Shown here piece by piece: positions 8,679 through 17,974 of a stretch of 64,000 nt of DNA. The translations under genes and the position numbers were made by a program. How positions within the stretch are numbered: the first letter of the stretch is position 1; each line of letters begins with the position of its first letter. The notes beneath the pieces are model-generated. The model searched no databases and was not told the origin of the DNA. It saw only the letters and a program-made list of their open reading frames with translations. The DNA comes from an uncultured Pseudomonadota bacterium (GTDB taxonomy: Bacteria; Pseudomonadota; Alphaproteobacteria; RF32; CAG-239): NCBI GenBank assembly GCA_949295085.1, contig CASFJS010000001.1, positions 9,121 to 73,120 of the forward strand, in the 5' to 3' direction.

Positions 8679-9853
8679 GCGTTTTTCTCCTCCGAAATTT
8701 TGCCGTGCAACAGTCTGGCCGAATCAAGCCCTGATGCAACGGCTTCCACAATGGTCGAACCGCCGGTTTTGCAGTCGCCGGCATAAATGATATGGGCGTG
8801 TTCAACCGGTTTTTCCGCGCGGCTGCCGATAGCTTTGATAATCAAGTCAAAACCTTCGCGCCGGATAACGGAATCTTCAATATCCTCATAACCGCGCTCC
8901 CCCGGTCGGGTGGAGCAGGTGTAGGCATCAAGTTTGTCGCCGCTTTTAACCACTTTGCAAACACGCGTTGTGGTGACCAGATCAATCTGCCGGTCAATCA
9001 GTTCTTCCATTTCCTTACGCGTCACCTTCATATCAAAAATCTTGCGCCGCACAAACACCGAAACACTGTCCGCCCCTTGATTCCTGGCCGTAACCGCACA
9101 ATCAGCCGCCACATTGCCGCCGCCGATAATGCCGACTCTTTTGGCGCCGGCAAAGTCCTGCGGCCGCTGCAGATATTCGGCATAGGGCACAACGTTTTCT
9201 TCTCCCTCAACGCCGAGATCAATGCCGTTTTGCTCGCCGATTGCCATAATCACACCGTCAAACCCTTGCGACAACAGCTCCGGCGGATTATCTACCCGTT
9301 TGTTAAATTCAATTTCGGCATTGCCGATTCGTTTAATATAGTTCCAGTCGTCTTCAATCACTTCATAAGGCAGGCGATAGTCGGGAATCAAGTTCAATGC
9401 GCCGCCGACTTTATCACTTTTTTCAAACAATTTAACGCCGTATCCCAGCTTGACCAAAACCCAGGCCGCTGCCATTCCGGCCGGTCCGGCGCCGACAATG
9501 GCGATTTTTTTGCCGTTGTCCGGTTCTTTGGCGGTGTCGGTCATATCTTCGCGATATTTATGAATCAAGGTAGCTTGCACCAGCGGAATATTAATCGGAA
9601 AATCAATTCGTCCGCGCACACAGGCTTTCATACAAAACGTATCCGGACAAATCAGCCCGCAGGTATGTCCCATCGGGTTGTTTTTGACGATTGAGGCCAC
9701 AGCCTCTTTGAATTCGCCCTTTTTAGCGTGTTGAATAAACTCCTGTGGCGAGCAGTTGACCGGACAAGCGCTCATACACGGTTTGGCCGCACAATTCAAA
9801 CAGCGGTTTAACTCGGCTTCAAACTGCGGTTTATTAAGATAAAGGTTGCCCAT
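8675..9853 (-). CDS. GltD-like NAD(P)H-dependent Fe-S flavoprotein (glutamate synthase small-subunit family)
   Basis: N-terminal Cys clusters (CLNCAAKPCMSACP, CGLICPDTFCMKAC). FAD/NAD Rossmann motifs IAIVGAGPAGMAAA and VGIIGGGNVAADCA. Its stop overlaps the next start (ATGA). Confidence 0.8.
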   Translation of the reverse strand: MGNLYLNKPQFEAELNRCLNCAAKPCMSACPVNCSPQEFIQHAKKGEFKEAVASIVKNNPMGHTCGLICPDTFCMKACVRGRIDFPINIPLVQATLIHKYREDMTDTAKEPDNGKKIAIVGAGPAGMAAAWVLVKLGYGVKLFEKSDKVGGALNLIPDYRLPYEVIEDDWNYIKRIGNAEIEFNKRVDNPPELLSQGFDGVIMAIGEQNGIDLGVEGEENVVPYAEYLQRPQDFAGAKRVGIIGGGNVAADCAVTARNQGADSVSVFVRRKIFDMKVTRKEMEELIDRQIDLVTTTRVCKVVKSGDKLDAYTCSTRPGERGYEDIEDSVIRREGFDLIIKAIGSRAEKPVEHAHIIYAGDCKTGGSTIVEAVASGLDSARLLHGKISEEKNA

Positions 9854-9871
9854 TTCTTAAAATCCTTAAGC

Positions 9872-10615
9872 TTAAACCATTACCATACCGCCGTTGACGT
9901 GAATAGTCTGTCCGGTGATATAGCCGGCCTCGTCGCTGGCCAAAAACAGTGCCGCATGAGCCACATCTTCCGGTGTGCCCATATACGCCATCGGTATATT
10001 TTCCAAAACTTTTTCTTTGGCTTTATCGGGCAAAACATCGGTCATCGGCGTTTTGATAAACCCCGGAGCCAGGCAGTTAATGGTAATCCCGCGCGAAGCA
10101 ACCTCCAGCGCCATGGATTTTGACATTCCGATAAGTCCGGCTTTGCTGGCGGCATAATTACTCTGTCCGGCATTACCGACCACGCCGACCACCGAGGTCA
10201 TATTGATAATCCGCCCGAAACGATGTTTGAGCATACAAGGCAAAACAGCCTTGGACAACAAAAAACTCGAGGTCAGGTTGGTATCCAGAACCTGATGCCA
10301 GGCCTCGCTTGAAATCTTGAGCGACAAATTGTCTTTGGTGATACCGGCGTTATTAATCAGAACATCGATTTTACCGCAGTCTTTCTCAACCTCGGCCACC
10401 AACCTGGCAATATTGTTTTCATCGCTCAAATCAAAGGCGTAAATCCGCACTTTGCCATCTGGCAGTTCGCTTTGGCGAAAGGCATCCAATTTTTCGGCGT
10501 TGCGGCCGACAATTGCCAGCTCGGCACCTTGTTGCTGAAAGAGTTTGCAAATACCGCGGCCGATACCGCCGGTCGCGCCGGTAATTAACACTGTTTTGCC
10601 ATGAAAATCAAGCAT
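9872..10615 (-). CDS. fabG: 3-oxoacyl-ACP reductase
   Basis: Trimmed to MLDFHGKTVLITGATGGIGRG, with GGAGA as the RBS. SDR catalytic motif YAASKAG. Confidence 0.9.
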   Translation of the reverse strand: MLDFHGKTVLITGATGGIGRGICKLFQQQGAELAIVGRNAEKLDAFRQSELPDGKVRIYAFDLSDENNIARLVAEVEKDCGKIDVLINNAGITKDNLSLKISSEAWHQVLDTNLTSSFLLSKAVLPCMLKHRFGRIINMTSVVGVVGNAGQSNYAASKAGLIGMSKSMALEVASRGITINCLAPGFIKTPMTDVLPDKAKEKVLENIPMAYMGTPEDVAHAALFLASDEAGYITGQTIHVNGGMVMV

Positions 10616-10637
10616 ATGGCTTTCTCCGTAATTTTGG

Positions 10638-11567
10638 TTAAATAGCCTCGGCATAAGATTTCAACAAATCTTCGGCCAAAACCGTTTCCGCCTCCGGCAA
10701 TATCTTTTTAACCAGCCCGCTCAAAACATTACCAAAACCGGTCTCGATAAACTTAGTTGCGCCGTTATCGGCCATATAAACAACGCTTTCCTGCCATTTG
10801 ACGGTATTGGTAATCTGTTTGACCAGCAGATCTTTAATCTCGGCAGTGTTTTCATAAGGCAGCGCCGACAAATTGCTGATGACTTTAACCGTCGGTTCGG
10901 CAAAACGGGTCTGCGCGATAACTTCGGCCATCTTATCCGCCGCGCTCTGCATCAAAGGCGAGTGAAAAGCCCCCGAAACCTGCAACATAATCGCGCGTTT
11001 GGCACCTTGTTCTTTGGCCAATTCACAGCCTTTTTCAACCGTTGCCGTGCTGCCGCTTAAAACAATCTGCGCCGGCGAGTTGGAGTTGCCGATAGAGCAC
11101 CCGACCTCATCGGCAATGGTCTTGACCTGAGTATAATTCAGGCCGATAATTGCCGCCATGCTTCCCGGATTGTCAAGACACGCCTGCATCATATAAGCGC
11201 CGCGCGCTTTCAATAAAACCGCCGTATCTTCAATCGACAGACACCCCGCCGCACATAGCGCCGAATACTCACCGAGCGAATGTCCGGCCATAAATTTAAC
11301 TTCTTCGAGGTTTATCAGACCGAGGCTTTTCAAAACTTCAAAATAAGCCATCGACACCGCCATAATCGCCGGTTGGGCATGAGCGGTCTTGTTGAGCTCT
11401 TCCGCGTCGCCGTCAAACATCAGCGAACTCAGCTTGAAATTTAAGGCATTATCAATTCGCTCAAATACATCTTTGGCAATGGCAAAGTTTTCATACAAAT
11501 CTTTGCCCATGCCGATTTTTTGCGACCCCTGGCCGGGAAAGACCAAAACATTGGATATAACTTCCAT
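10638..11567 (-). CDS. fabD: malonyl-CoA:ACP transacylase
   Basis: GHSLGEYSAL nucleophile elbow and a family-typical length of 309 aa. Confidence 0.93.
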   Translation of the reverse strand: MEVISNVLVFPGQGSQKIGMGKDLYENFAIAKDVFERIDNALNFKLSSLMFDGDAEELNKTAHAQPAIMAVSMAYFEVLKSLGLINLEEVKFMAGHSLGEYSALCAAGCLSIEDTAVLLKARGAYMMQACLDNPGSMAAIIGLNYTQVKTIADEVGCSIGNSNSPAQIVLSGSTATVEKGCELAKEQGAKRAIMLQVSGAFHSPLMQSAADKMAEVIAQTRFAEPTVKVISNLSALPYENTAEIKDLLVKQITNTVKWQESVVYMADNGATKFIETGFGNVLSGLVKKILPEAETVLAEDLLKSYAEAI

Positions 11568-11578
11568 AAAGCAGCTCC

Positions 11579-12835
11579 TTAAATTTTCTTAAAAATCAAC
11601 GAAGCATTGGTGCCGCCAAAGCCAAATGAATTGGACATCGCGACTTTAACATCACACGGGCGCGCTTTATGCGGTACCAAATCCATACCCTCAACCTCGT
11701 CAATCGGGTCTTCAAGATTAAGCGTCGGCGGCAATATGCCGGTCTCAATCGCTTTAACACAGAATACCGCTTCAACCGCACCGGCCGCACCCAGCAGATG
11801 GCCGATGGCCGATTTGGTTGACGACATCTTCAAATCCGGACAGTTGACAAACAATTCTTTAACGGCTCTGGCTTCCATCGCGTCACCAATCATTGTCGAT
11901 GTGCCGTGCGCGTTGATATATGTCACTTCTTGCGGTTTGATACCGGCTTTGCGCAGCGCTTCGCTCATCGCCTTTTTGGCGCCGCTGCCGTCCGGAGCCG
12001 GCGAGGTGATATGGTAGGCATCACCGGACGTCCCGTAACCGATAAGTTCGGCATAAATCTTGGCGCCGCGTGCTTTGGCGTGCTCATATTCTTCCAAAAC
12101 CACCACACCGGCACCTTCGCCCATCACAAAACCGTCATGCCCTTTGTCCCACGGACGCGAAGCTTTCTCCGGCGTATCGTTATAGCTGTGTGATAAAGCT
12201 TTCGCCTGCATGAATCCGGCAATACTCAGCGCGCAGACAGCCGATTCCGCACCGCCGACAACCATCACATCGGCATCATCCAGAATAATACTCTGATAAG
12301 CGTGGGCAATAGCATGTGAACCGGTTGCACAGGCGGTCACACAGGCCAGATTCGGCCCGGTAAAGCCGTGCGCCATCGAAACATGACCGGAAATCATATT
12401 GATAATCGTTGCCGGAATAAAAAACGGACTGATACGTCGAGGCCCCGATGCCGCCAAAATTTTGGCATTGTCGTCAATGGTCTTTAATCCGCCGATGCCC
12501 GAGCCGATCATCACGCCGGTGCGTGCTTTTTCTTTGGCGTCTTCCGGCGTCCAACCGGCGTCTTTAATGGCTTCTTCCGCCGCCGCAATGCCAAACAGGA
12601 TAAAATCATCAACCCGCCGTTGTTCTTTCGGATCCATATATTCATCAGCGTTAAACTGCCCCGGTTCGCTGCCCTTAATGACTTCACCGGCCACTTTGAC
12701 GCTGAAATTTTCGGTATCAAATTTGGTAATATTGCGGATGGCCGATTTGCCGGCAACAACTGAATTCCAAGACAAATCAACGCCCATTCCGAAAGGTGTT
12801 AATGCTCCAAGTCCCGTAACAACTACTCTTTTCAT
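11579..12835 (-). CDS. fabF: 3-oxoacyl-ACP synthase II
   Basis: 418 aa. Active-site region ACVTACATGSHAI, with a C-terminal NSFGFGGTNASL. Confidence 0.93.
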   Translation of the reverse strand: MKRVVVTGLGALTPFGMGVDLSWNSVVAGKSAIRNITKFDTENFSVKVAGEVIKGSEPGQFNADEYMDPKEQRRVDDFILFGIAAAEEAIKDAGWTPEDAKEKARTGVMIGSGIGGLKTIDDNAKILAASGPRRISPFFIPATIINMISGHVSMAHGFTGPNLACVTACATGSHAIAHAYQSIILDDADVMVVGGAESAVCALSIAGFMQAKALSHSYNDTPEKASRPWDKGHDGFVMGEGAGVVVLEEYEHAKARGAKIYAELIGYGTSGDAYHITSPAPDGSGAKKAMSEALRKAGIKPQEVTYINAHGTSTMIGDAMEARAVKELFVNCPDLKMSSTKSAIGHLLGAAGAVEAVFCVKAIETGILPPTLNLEDPIDEVEGMDLVPHKARPCDVKVAMSNSFGFGGTNASLIFKKI

Positions 12836-12847
12836 TGTCTGTCCTTT

Positions 12848-13873
12848 CTATTTTTGAAAAATATTTTCGGTTTTAAAAATCCCCGGCCGCAGGTTAATAA
12901 CCCCGCCGCCCCAGCACATACCGGCGCCAAACCCGCAAATAACCGCTTTTGCCGGTGTTTTAATCTTGCCGTCTTTAATCGCTTCGCCCAAGGCAATCAA
13001 AATTGACGAAGCCGACGTATTGCCCAGCCGCTCAATATTGGAAATGACCTTGCTGTCATCATAACCCAAACGCTCCTGCACGGCTTTGATAATTCGTTGG
13101 TTGGCCTGATGCAAAATAAGATAGTCAATATCTTCCGCAGCAAAGCCGTTTTGCGCCAAAATATCATCGGTAATATACGCCGGAATAACATTGGCCACAA
13201 ATTTGTAAACATCCTGACCTTTCATCGTACAAATTTGTTGTGTCGGCGTCTGGTCAACAAACGGGCAGTTTCCTTTGGCCGCCGGCATGGTTATATAATC
13301 GCCGACATGTCCGTCCGCCTTGATATTGATAACCGGAACATCATTTTCCGCTCCGGCCGAAATAACCGCTGCGCCGATACCGTCACCAAACAAAATCGAA
13401 GTTCGTCTGTCGGCCCAGTCAACATAGCGCGAACAGTTGTCAATCGTCACCAGCAAAACATTTTGAGCCATGCCCGATTTGATATAAGCCGAGGCAATAT
13501 CCAGCCCGTAAACAAAACCGGAACAGGCGACCGAAATATCAAATGCCGGCACATTTTTCTTAATACCGAGCAGGTGCTGCACCATACAGGATGTCGACGG
13601 CATAAATTGTACCGGCATAGAGGTCGCTGCCACAATCAAATCCAGCGTCTCGACATCAATTCCGGCGTTCTTCACCGCCTGTTCCGCAGCCTGGCGCAGC
13701 AAATCAAAAGCCTCGTCATCGCTGGCAAAAACGCGGCGTTCTCTAATTCCGGTGCGCGTATAAATCCATTCGTCCGATGTTTCATACAAATGCGTCAGGT
13801 CATCGTTGGTAACAACCTTGTTTGGTACGGCATAGCCGATACCGGTAATCATAGGCAAACTACTTGTTGTCAT
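12848..13873 (-). CDS. fabH: 3-oxoacyl-ACP synthase III
   Basis: Trimmed to MTTSSLPMITGIGYAVPNK. Active-site VACSGFVYGL and C-terminal GFGAGMCWGG. The start overlaps the accC end by 14 nt. A start at MITGIG is also possible. Confidence 0.88.
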   Translation of the reverse strand: MTTSSLPMITGIGYAVPNKVVTNDDLTHLYETSDEWIYTRTGIRERRVFASDDEAFDLLRQAAEQAVKNAGIDVETLDLIVAATSMPVQFMPSTSCMVQHLLGIKKNVPAFDISVACSGFVYGLDIASAYIKSGMAQNVLLVTIDNCSRYVDWADRRTSILFGDGIGAAVISAGAENDVPVINIKADGHVGDYITMPAAKGNCPFVDQTPTQQICTMKGQDVYKFVANVIPAYITDDILAQNGFAAEDIDYLILHQANQRIIKAVQERLGYDDSKVISNIERLGNTSASSILIALGEAIKDGKIKTPAKAVICGFGAGMCWGGGVINLRPGIFKTENIFQK

Positions 13874-15215
13874 TATTACTTCTTTTCTCCAAAAATTTTT
13901 CCAGCCAGTGAATGTTGTAAAGACCGTCAACAAACTCCGGCGTCGAAACGATTTCTTCATGCAACGGCAGGGTGGTGGTGACACCGCCGATAACAAATTC
14001 GCGCAAAGCCCGTTTAAGCCGCAGTAAAGCGCCGCTGCGGGTCGTACCGCGGACAATCAGCTTGGCAATCATGCTGTCATAAAAAGGCGGTATCCGATAC
14101 CCCGAATAAGCCTCCGAATCCACTCTGACGCCCAATCCGCCCGGCACATGCCATTCGGCAATTGTTCCGGGGCAGGGCGCAAAAGTAAACGGATCTTCGG
14201 CATTAATCCGGCATTCAATGGCTGCGCCGTGAAAATGCACGTCATCTTGCGTGTAGCCGAGTTTGGCACCGTTGGCAATGCGTATTTGCTCACGCACGAT
14301 GTCAATATCGGTTACCGCTTCGGTAATCGGGTGCTCAACCTGCAGACGGGTATTCATCTCCAAAAAGTAAAACTCGCCGTCTTCGAACAAAAATTCCAGC
14401 GTGCCGGCGCCATAATAACCGATTTTCTTAATCGCCGCGCAAACAATTTTGCAAATTTCGTCGCGTTTTTCCTGGTTAAGAGCCGGTGAGGGCGTTTCTT
14501 CTATCAGCTTTTGATGTTTGCGTTGGATAGAACAGTCGCGCTCGCCCAAATGCACCACATTGCCGTGCATATCAGCCAGAATCTGAATCTCGATATGCCG
14601 CGGTTTTTGCAGGTATTTTTCCATAAACACCACATCGCTGGTAAAAGAGGCTTTAGCCTCGGCTTTAGCCATGGTGAAAGCGGTTTCGACTTCTTCTTCA
14701 TTAAACGCGGTCTTCATTCCTTTTCCGCCGCCGCCGTCTTTGGCCTTGATGATAACCGGATAGCCGATCTCTCTGGCCCATTTTTTGGCGTCTTCCACCG
14801 TGTCCAACGCCGGCGAACCTTTGGTAACCGGCAAACCGGCTTCAATGGCGACTTTTTTAGAGGCAATTTTGTCGCCCATCAGTCGCATTTGTTCGGGCGT
14901 CGGGCCGATAAAAGTCAATCCGTGTTTAATCACCATTTCTGCAAAATCGGCGTTTTCCGACAAAAAACCATAGCCCGGATGAATGGCATCAGCACCGGTC
15001 ACAATAGCCGCCGAAATAATCGCCGTTTTGTTAAGGTAAGAATCTTTGGACTGCGGTCCGCCGATACAGACAGCCTCGTCAGCCAACCGGACATGCATGG
15101 CGTCTTTGTCCGCTGTCGAATGCACCGCTACGGTCTTAATACCCATTTCATGACAGGCACGATTGATCCTCAGGGCCACTTCACCGCGATTGGCAATCAG
15201 TACTTTTTCAAACAT
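13860..15215 (-). CDS. accC: biotin carboxylase
   Basis: MFEKVLIANRGEVALRI N-terminus, ATP-grasp GGGGKGM motif, 451 aa. Confidence 0.95.
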   Translation of the reverse strand: MFEKVLIANRGEVALRINRACHEMGIKTVAVHSTADKDAMHVRLADEAVCIGGPQSKDSYLNKTAIISAAIVTGADAIHPGYGFLSENADFAEMVIKHGLTFIGPTPEQMRLMGDKIASKKVAIEAGLPVTKGSPALDTVEDAKKWAREIGYPVIIKAKDGGGGKGMKTAFNEEEVETAFTMAKAEAKASFTSDVVFMEKYLQKPRHIEIQILADMHGNVVHLGERDCSIQRKHQKLIEETPSPALNQEKRDEICKIVCAAIKKIGYYGAGTLEFLFEDGEFYFLEMNTRLQVEHPITEAVTDIDIVREQIRIANGAKLGYTQDDVHFHGAAIECRINAEDPFTFAPCPGTIAEWHVPGGLGVRVDSEAYSGYRIPPFYDSMIAKLIVRGTTRSGALLRLKRALREFVIGGVTTTLPLHEEIVSTPEFVDGLYNIHWLEKFLEKRSNNDNK

Positions 15216-15232
15216 AGCTTTTTATTTCTCTG

Positions 15233-15703
15233 TTACTCAATAACAAATAAAGGCTCGTCAAACTCAACCGCCGAACCGGAGGCGACCAAAATCTCCCGAA
15301 TAATGCCGCCTTTGGGAGCCTTAATCTGGTTAAAGGTTTTCATTGCCTCAATCAGACACAACACATCGCCTTCGCGCACCGTGTCACCGACCTTGACATA
15401 CTCCGGATCATTCGGGCTGGCCGAGAGATACAAGACGCCGACCATCGGTGATTTGACCACATCACCTTTCGGCGCTGTCGCTGCTGTCGGAGCAGGAGCT
15501 TCCGCCGGAGCAGTCGGCATCGGCGCCGCCGGCAGAGGAGCAGGAACAGGGGCGGCAGCCGGGACAGCAGTAACAATTTCTTTTGCTCTGTTGGTCACGA
15601 TAATATGCAGGCCGTCTTTGTTATAGTCAACCGATTCCAAATTCAAATCGCTGACAATTTTGGCAATGCTCTCAATACAGGCAATATCTTCTTCTTGTGC
15701 CAT
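15233..15703 (-). CDS. accB: biotin carboxyl carrier protein
   Basis: Pro/Ala linker followed by a biotinyl domain carrying EAMKTFN (the canonical motif is EAMKMMN). Confidence 0.9.
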   Translation of the reverse strand: MAQEEDIACIESIAKIVSDLNLESVDYNKDGLHIIVTNRAKEIVTAVPAAAPVPAPLPAAPMPTAPAEAPAPTAATAPKGDVVKSPMVGVLYLSASPNDPEYVKVGDTVREGDVLCLIEAMKTFNQIKAPKGGIIREILVASGSAVEFDEPLFVIE

Positions 15704-15708
15704 CGGTT

Positions 15709-16530
15709 TTATTCCTTCATCTTGGCAAACTCAGCCAAAAGCTCGGAAACCTCCTGAGCTTTGTTGATATTGCACATCCCTTGTTTATTATAACCGCCGT
15801 CCACATGCAGAACCTCGCCGGTAACGCCGCTTGACATATCGCTCAACAGATAAACCGCCGAATTGCCGATATCATCAATGCTCATGTTGCGCCCCAGCAG
15901 CGAATTAGCCTTGTTCCAGCCCAGAATATTGCGAAAATCACCAATACCGGCCGCAGCCAAAGTACGGATCGGTCCGGCCGAAATCGCATTGACGCGGATA
16001 TTTTGCTCGCCCAAATCACGAGCCAGATACATCACCGAAGCCTCCAAAGCCGCTTTGGCCACGCCCATCACGTTGTAGTTCGGAATAACTCTTTCCGCCC
16101 CCAGATAAGACAAGGTGACAAAGCTGGCGCCGTCGTTGGCAATCTTGGCTGCGCGGGCACAAATATCCGTAAACGAATAGCAGGAAATGTGCATCGAGTT
16201 CAAAAAGTTGGCAAGCGAGGTGTCGCAATACCGCCCCTTAAGCTCATTTTTATCCGAGAAAGCAATGGCGTGTACCACAAAATCAATCTTGCCCCAGCGT
16301 TTTTCAATTTCGGCAAACAGGTTATCAAGCGTTGCCGCGTCGGTGACATTGCAAGGCAGGATAATATCAGAACCGAGACTTTCGGCCAGCGTACGCACGC
16401 GTTTTTCCAGGGCCTCTCCTTGATAGGTAAAAGCCATTTCGGCGCCTTGCTCATGCAGAGCTTTGGCTATACCCCAAGCAATGGAGTGGTCGTTGGCCAG
16501 TCCGAGAATAATACCTTTTTTGTTTTTCAT
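15709..16530 (-). CDS. fabI: enoyl-ACP reductase (NADH), FabI type
   Basis: Trimmed to MKNKKGIILGLANDHSIAWGIA. Contains the Y-x6-K motif (YNVMGVAK). Confidence 0.9.
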   Translation of the reverse strand: MKNKKGIILGLANDHSIAWGIAKALHEQGAEMAFTYQGEALEKRVRTLAESLGSDIILPCNVTDAATLDNLFAEIEKRWGKIDFVVHAIAFSDKNELKGRYCDTSLANFLNSMHISCYSFTDICARAAKIANDGASFVTLSYLGAERVIPNYNVMGVAKAALEASVMYLARDLGEQNIRVNAISAGPIRTLAAAGIGDFRNILGWNKANSLLGRNMSIDDIGNSAVYLLSDMSSGVTGEVLHVDGGYNKQGMCNINKAQEVSELLAEFAKMKE

Positions 16531-16578
16531 AGCTTCTTTCACGAAAGTTCTCCTTAAGTAAAATGTCATCCGTCAGAA

Positions 16579-17973
16579 TTATTTGCCGCTCTTGATGGTT
16601 TCAATCAACTCTTTGATTGATGGCCAGTTGCCGCGGTTAAACAACGGATCGGTTTTGAATTTGAAAGCGTTTTTACCCGAGAATAAAATATTATCAAGAA
16701 TATTGCCGTTTTGATGTCCGATTTCGATTAAAGATTTGCGGATACAAAAAGACCTGAGATCGGGACGCTTGCCGGTCGTGCCGGTGTGGCTTGACCAGCT
16801 TGAAAACTTACAGGCCGACAAACAGCCGCAGCAGTCCCTGATATCCTCCATATCCTGTGCTTTTTCATCTTTCGTCAGGAATATCAGGGTGTTGTCAGGC
16901 GTTATGGACAGGCAGGTTTTGCCTTTTTTAGCCTGCTCATCCGCAACCGGCAGATCTTCTTTGCGGATATAATAGGTTGTGTTTTTAGAGTAAACAATCG
17001 GTTCCGAAAATTCCTCCGTTTGTTCTTTGCTGAAAGGAATTTCACTGTTTTTACGCTCAAACAGCTTCATCAAAAAAGAATTTTTAATCGCCGAAGATAA
17101 AAATCCCGTCGGGCTGAAGTCTTGAATCACCACATCATCCAAATTAAGATGCAGCATCAGTTTTTTCCAGGCCTGACTGATAGGGCTTTCTTTGGTTAAC
17201 ATCGGTCGGGTACCAAATTGAAAACCGACTTTGCCGATTTCCGGATTATCAATATAATCCTGCCAGTCCTCAAGCGACCACACACCGCCGGCAATAATAA
17301 TCGGCACATTATCCAGCCCGTTGGCGCGCAAAACCTTGCGCAGTTCCACCACTTTTTCGTAGGGGCTGCGCGGTTTGCTGACTTCATCGGTGTTGGAAAA
17401 GCCGCAATGCCCGCCGGCAAACCACGGATCTTCATAAATCACGCCGCCCATATATTCCTTATATTTGTCATAGCCGCGCTTAATCAAAATTTGCAATGCC
17501 CGCCCCGACGAAACAATCGGATAATAAAACACCTTGAATTGTGACGTCAGTTCCGCAAGCTTAATCGGCAATCCGGCACCGGACACCACCCCGTTAATAA
17601 GACCTTTGGCACGTTCCAGCACGTTTTTAATCAGGTACTGGCTGTCGGCCAGTTCCCATAAAACATTCATATTAATCAAGCCGTTACCGCCGGATATCTC
17701 ATGAGCAATTTGCGCCTGACTGACACAGCCTTCAACCGCTTGCTCCATCATCTGGTTGTGTCTGTCAATTCTTGATGTCGCGGTAATCGTCTCTTGTTGC
17801 AAATCGCCGTTTTTATTTCGAATATCCGGAAAGACGGCCGAAAATGTCCCAATACAGTTTTCTTTGGCCCAGGCGCCTGCCGTATGGCCATTGCTGACAT
17901 TAACGCCGCGCCCGCCCTCAAACAGCGGAAACACCGTCTTGCCACACAAGTCCAGAAGTTTAAGCTCTTTCAT
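16579..17973 (-). CDS. nitronate monooxygenase / FabK-family flavin oxidoreductase with a long C-terminal extension (464 aa)
   Basis: TIM-barrel NMO-like core (GGRGVNVS..., IIAGGVWS). The extra ~140-aa C-terminus carries CCGCLSAC and FC. The gene is embedded between accD and fabI. Confidence 0.65.
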   Translation of the reverse strand: MKELKLLDLCGKTVFPLFEGGRGVNVSNGHTAGAWAKENCIGTFSAVFPDIRNKNGDLQQETITATSRIDRHNQMMEQAVEGCVSQAQIAHEISGGNGLINMNVLWELADSQYLIKNVLERAKGLINGVVSGAGLPIKLAELTSQFKVFYYPIVSSGRALQILIKRGYDKYKEYMGGVIYEDPWFAGGHCGFSNTDEVSKPRSPYEKVVELRKVLRANGLDNVPIIIAGGVWSLEDWQDYIDNPEIGKVGFQFGTRPMLTKESPISQAWKKLMLHLNLDDVVIQDFSPTGFLSSAIKNSFLMKLFERKNSEIPFSKEQTEEFSEPIVYSKNTTYYIRKEDLPVADEQAKKGKTCLSITPDNTLIFLTKDEKAQDMEDIRDCCGCLSACKFSSWSSHTGTTGKRPDLRSFCIRKSLIEIGHQNGNILDNILFSGKNAFKFKTDPLFNRGNWPSIKELIETIKSGK

Positions 17974-17974
17974 A

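Noticed and set aside
15470-15575. GC-rich, repetitive-looking Pro/Ala segment
   Set aside because: This is the normal flexible linker of biotin carboxyl carrier proteins.
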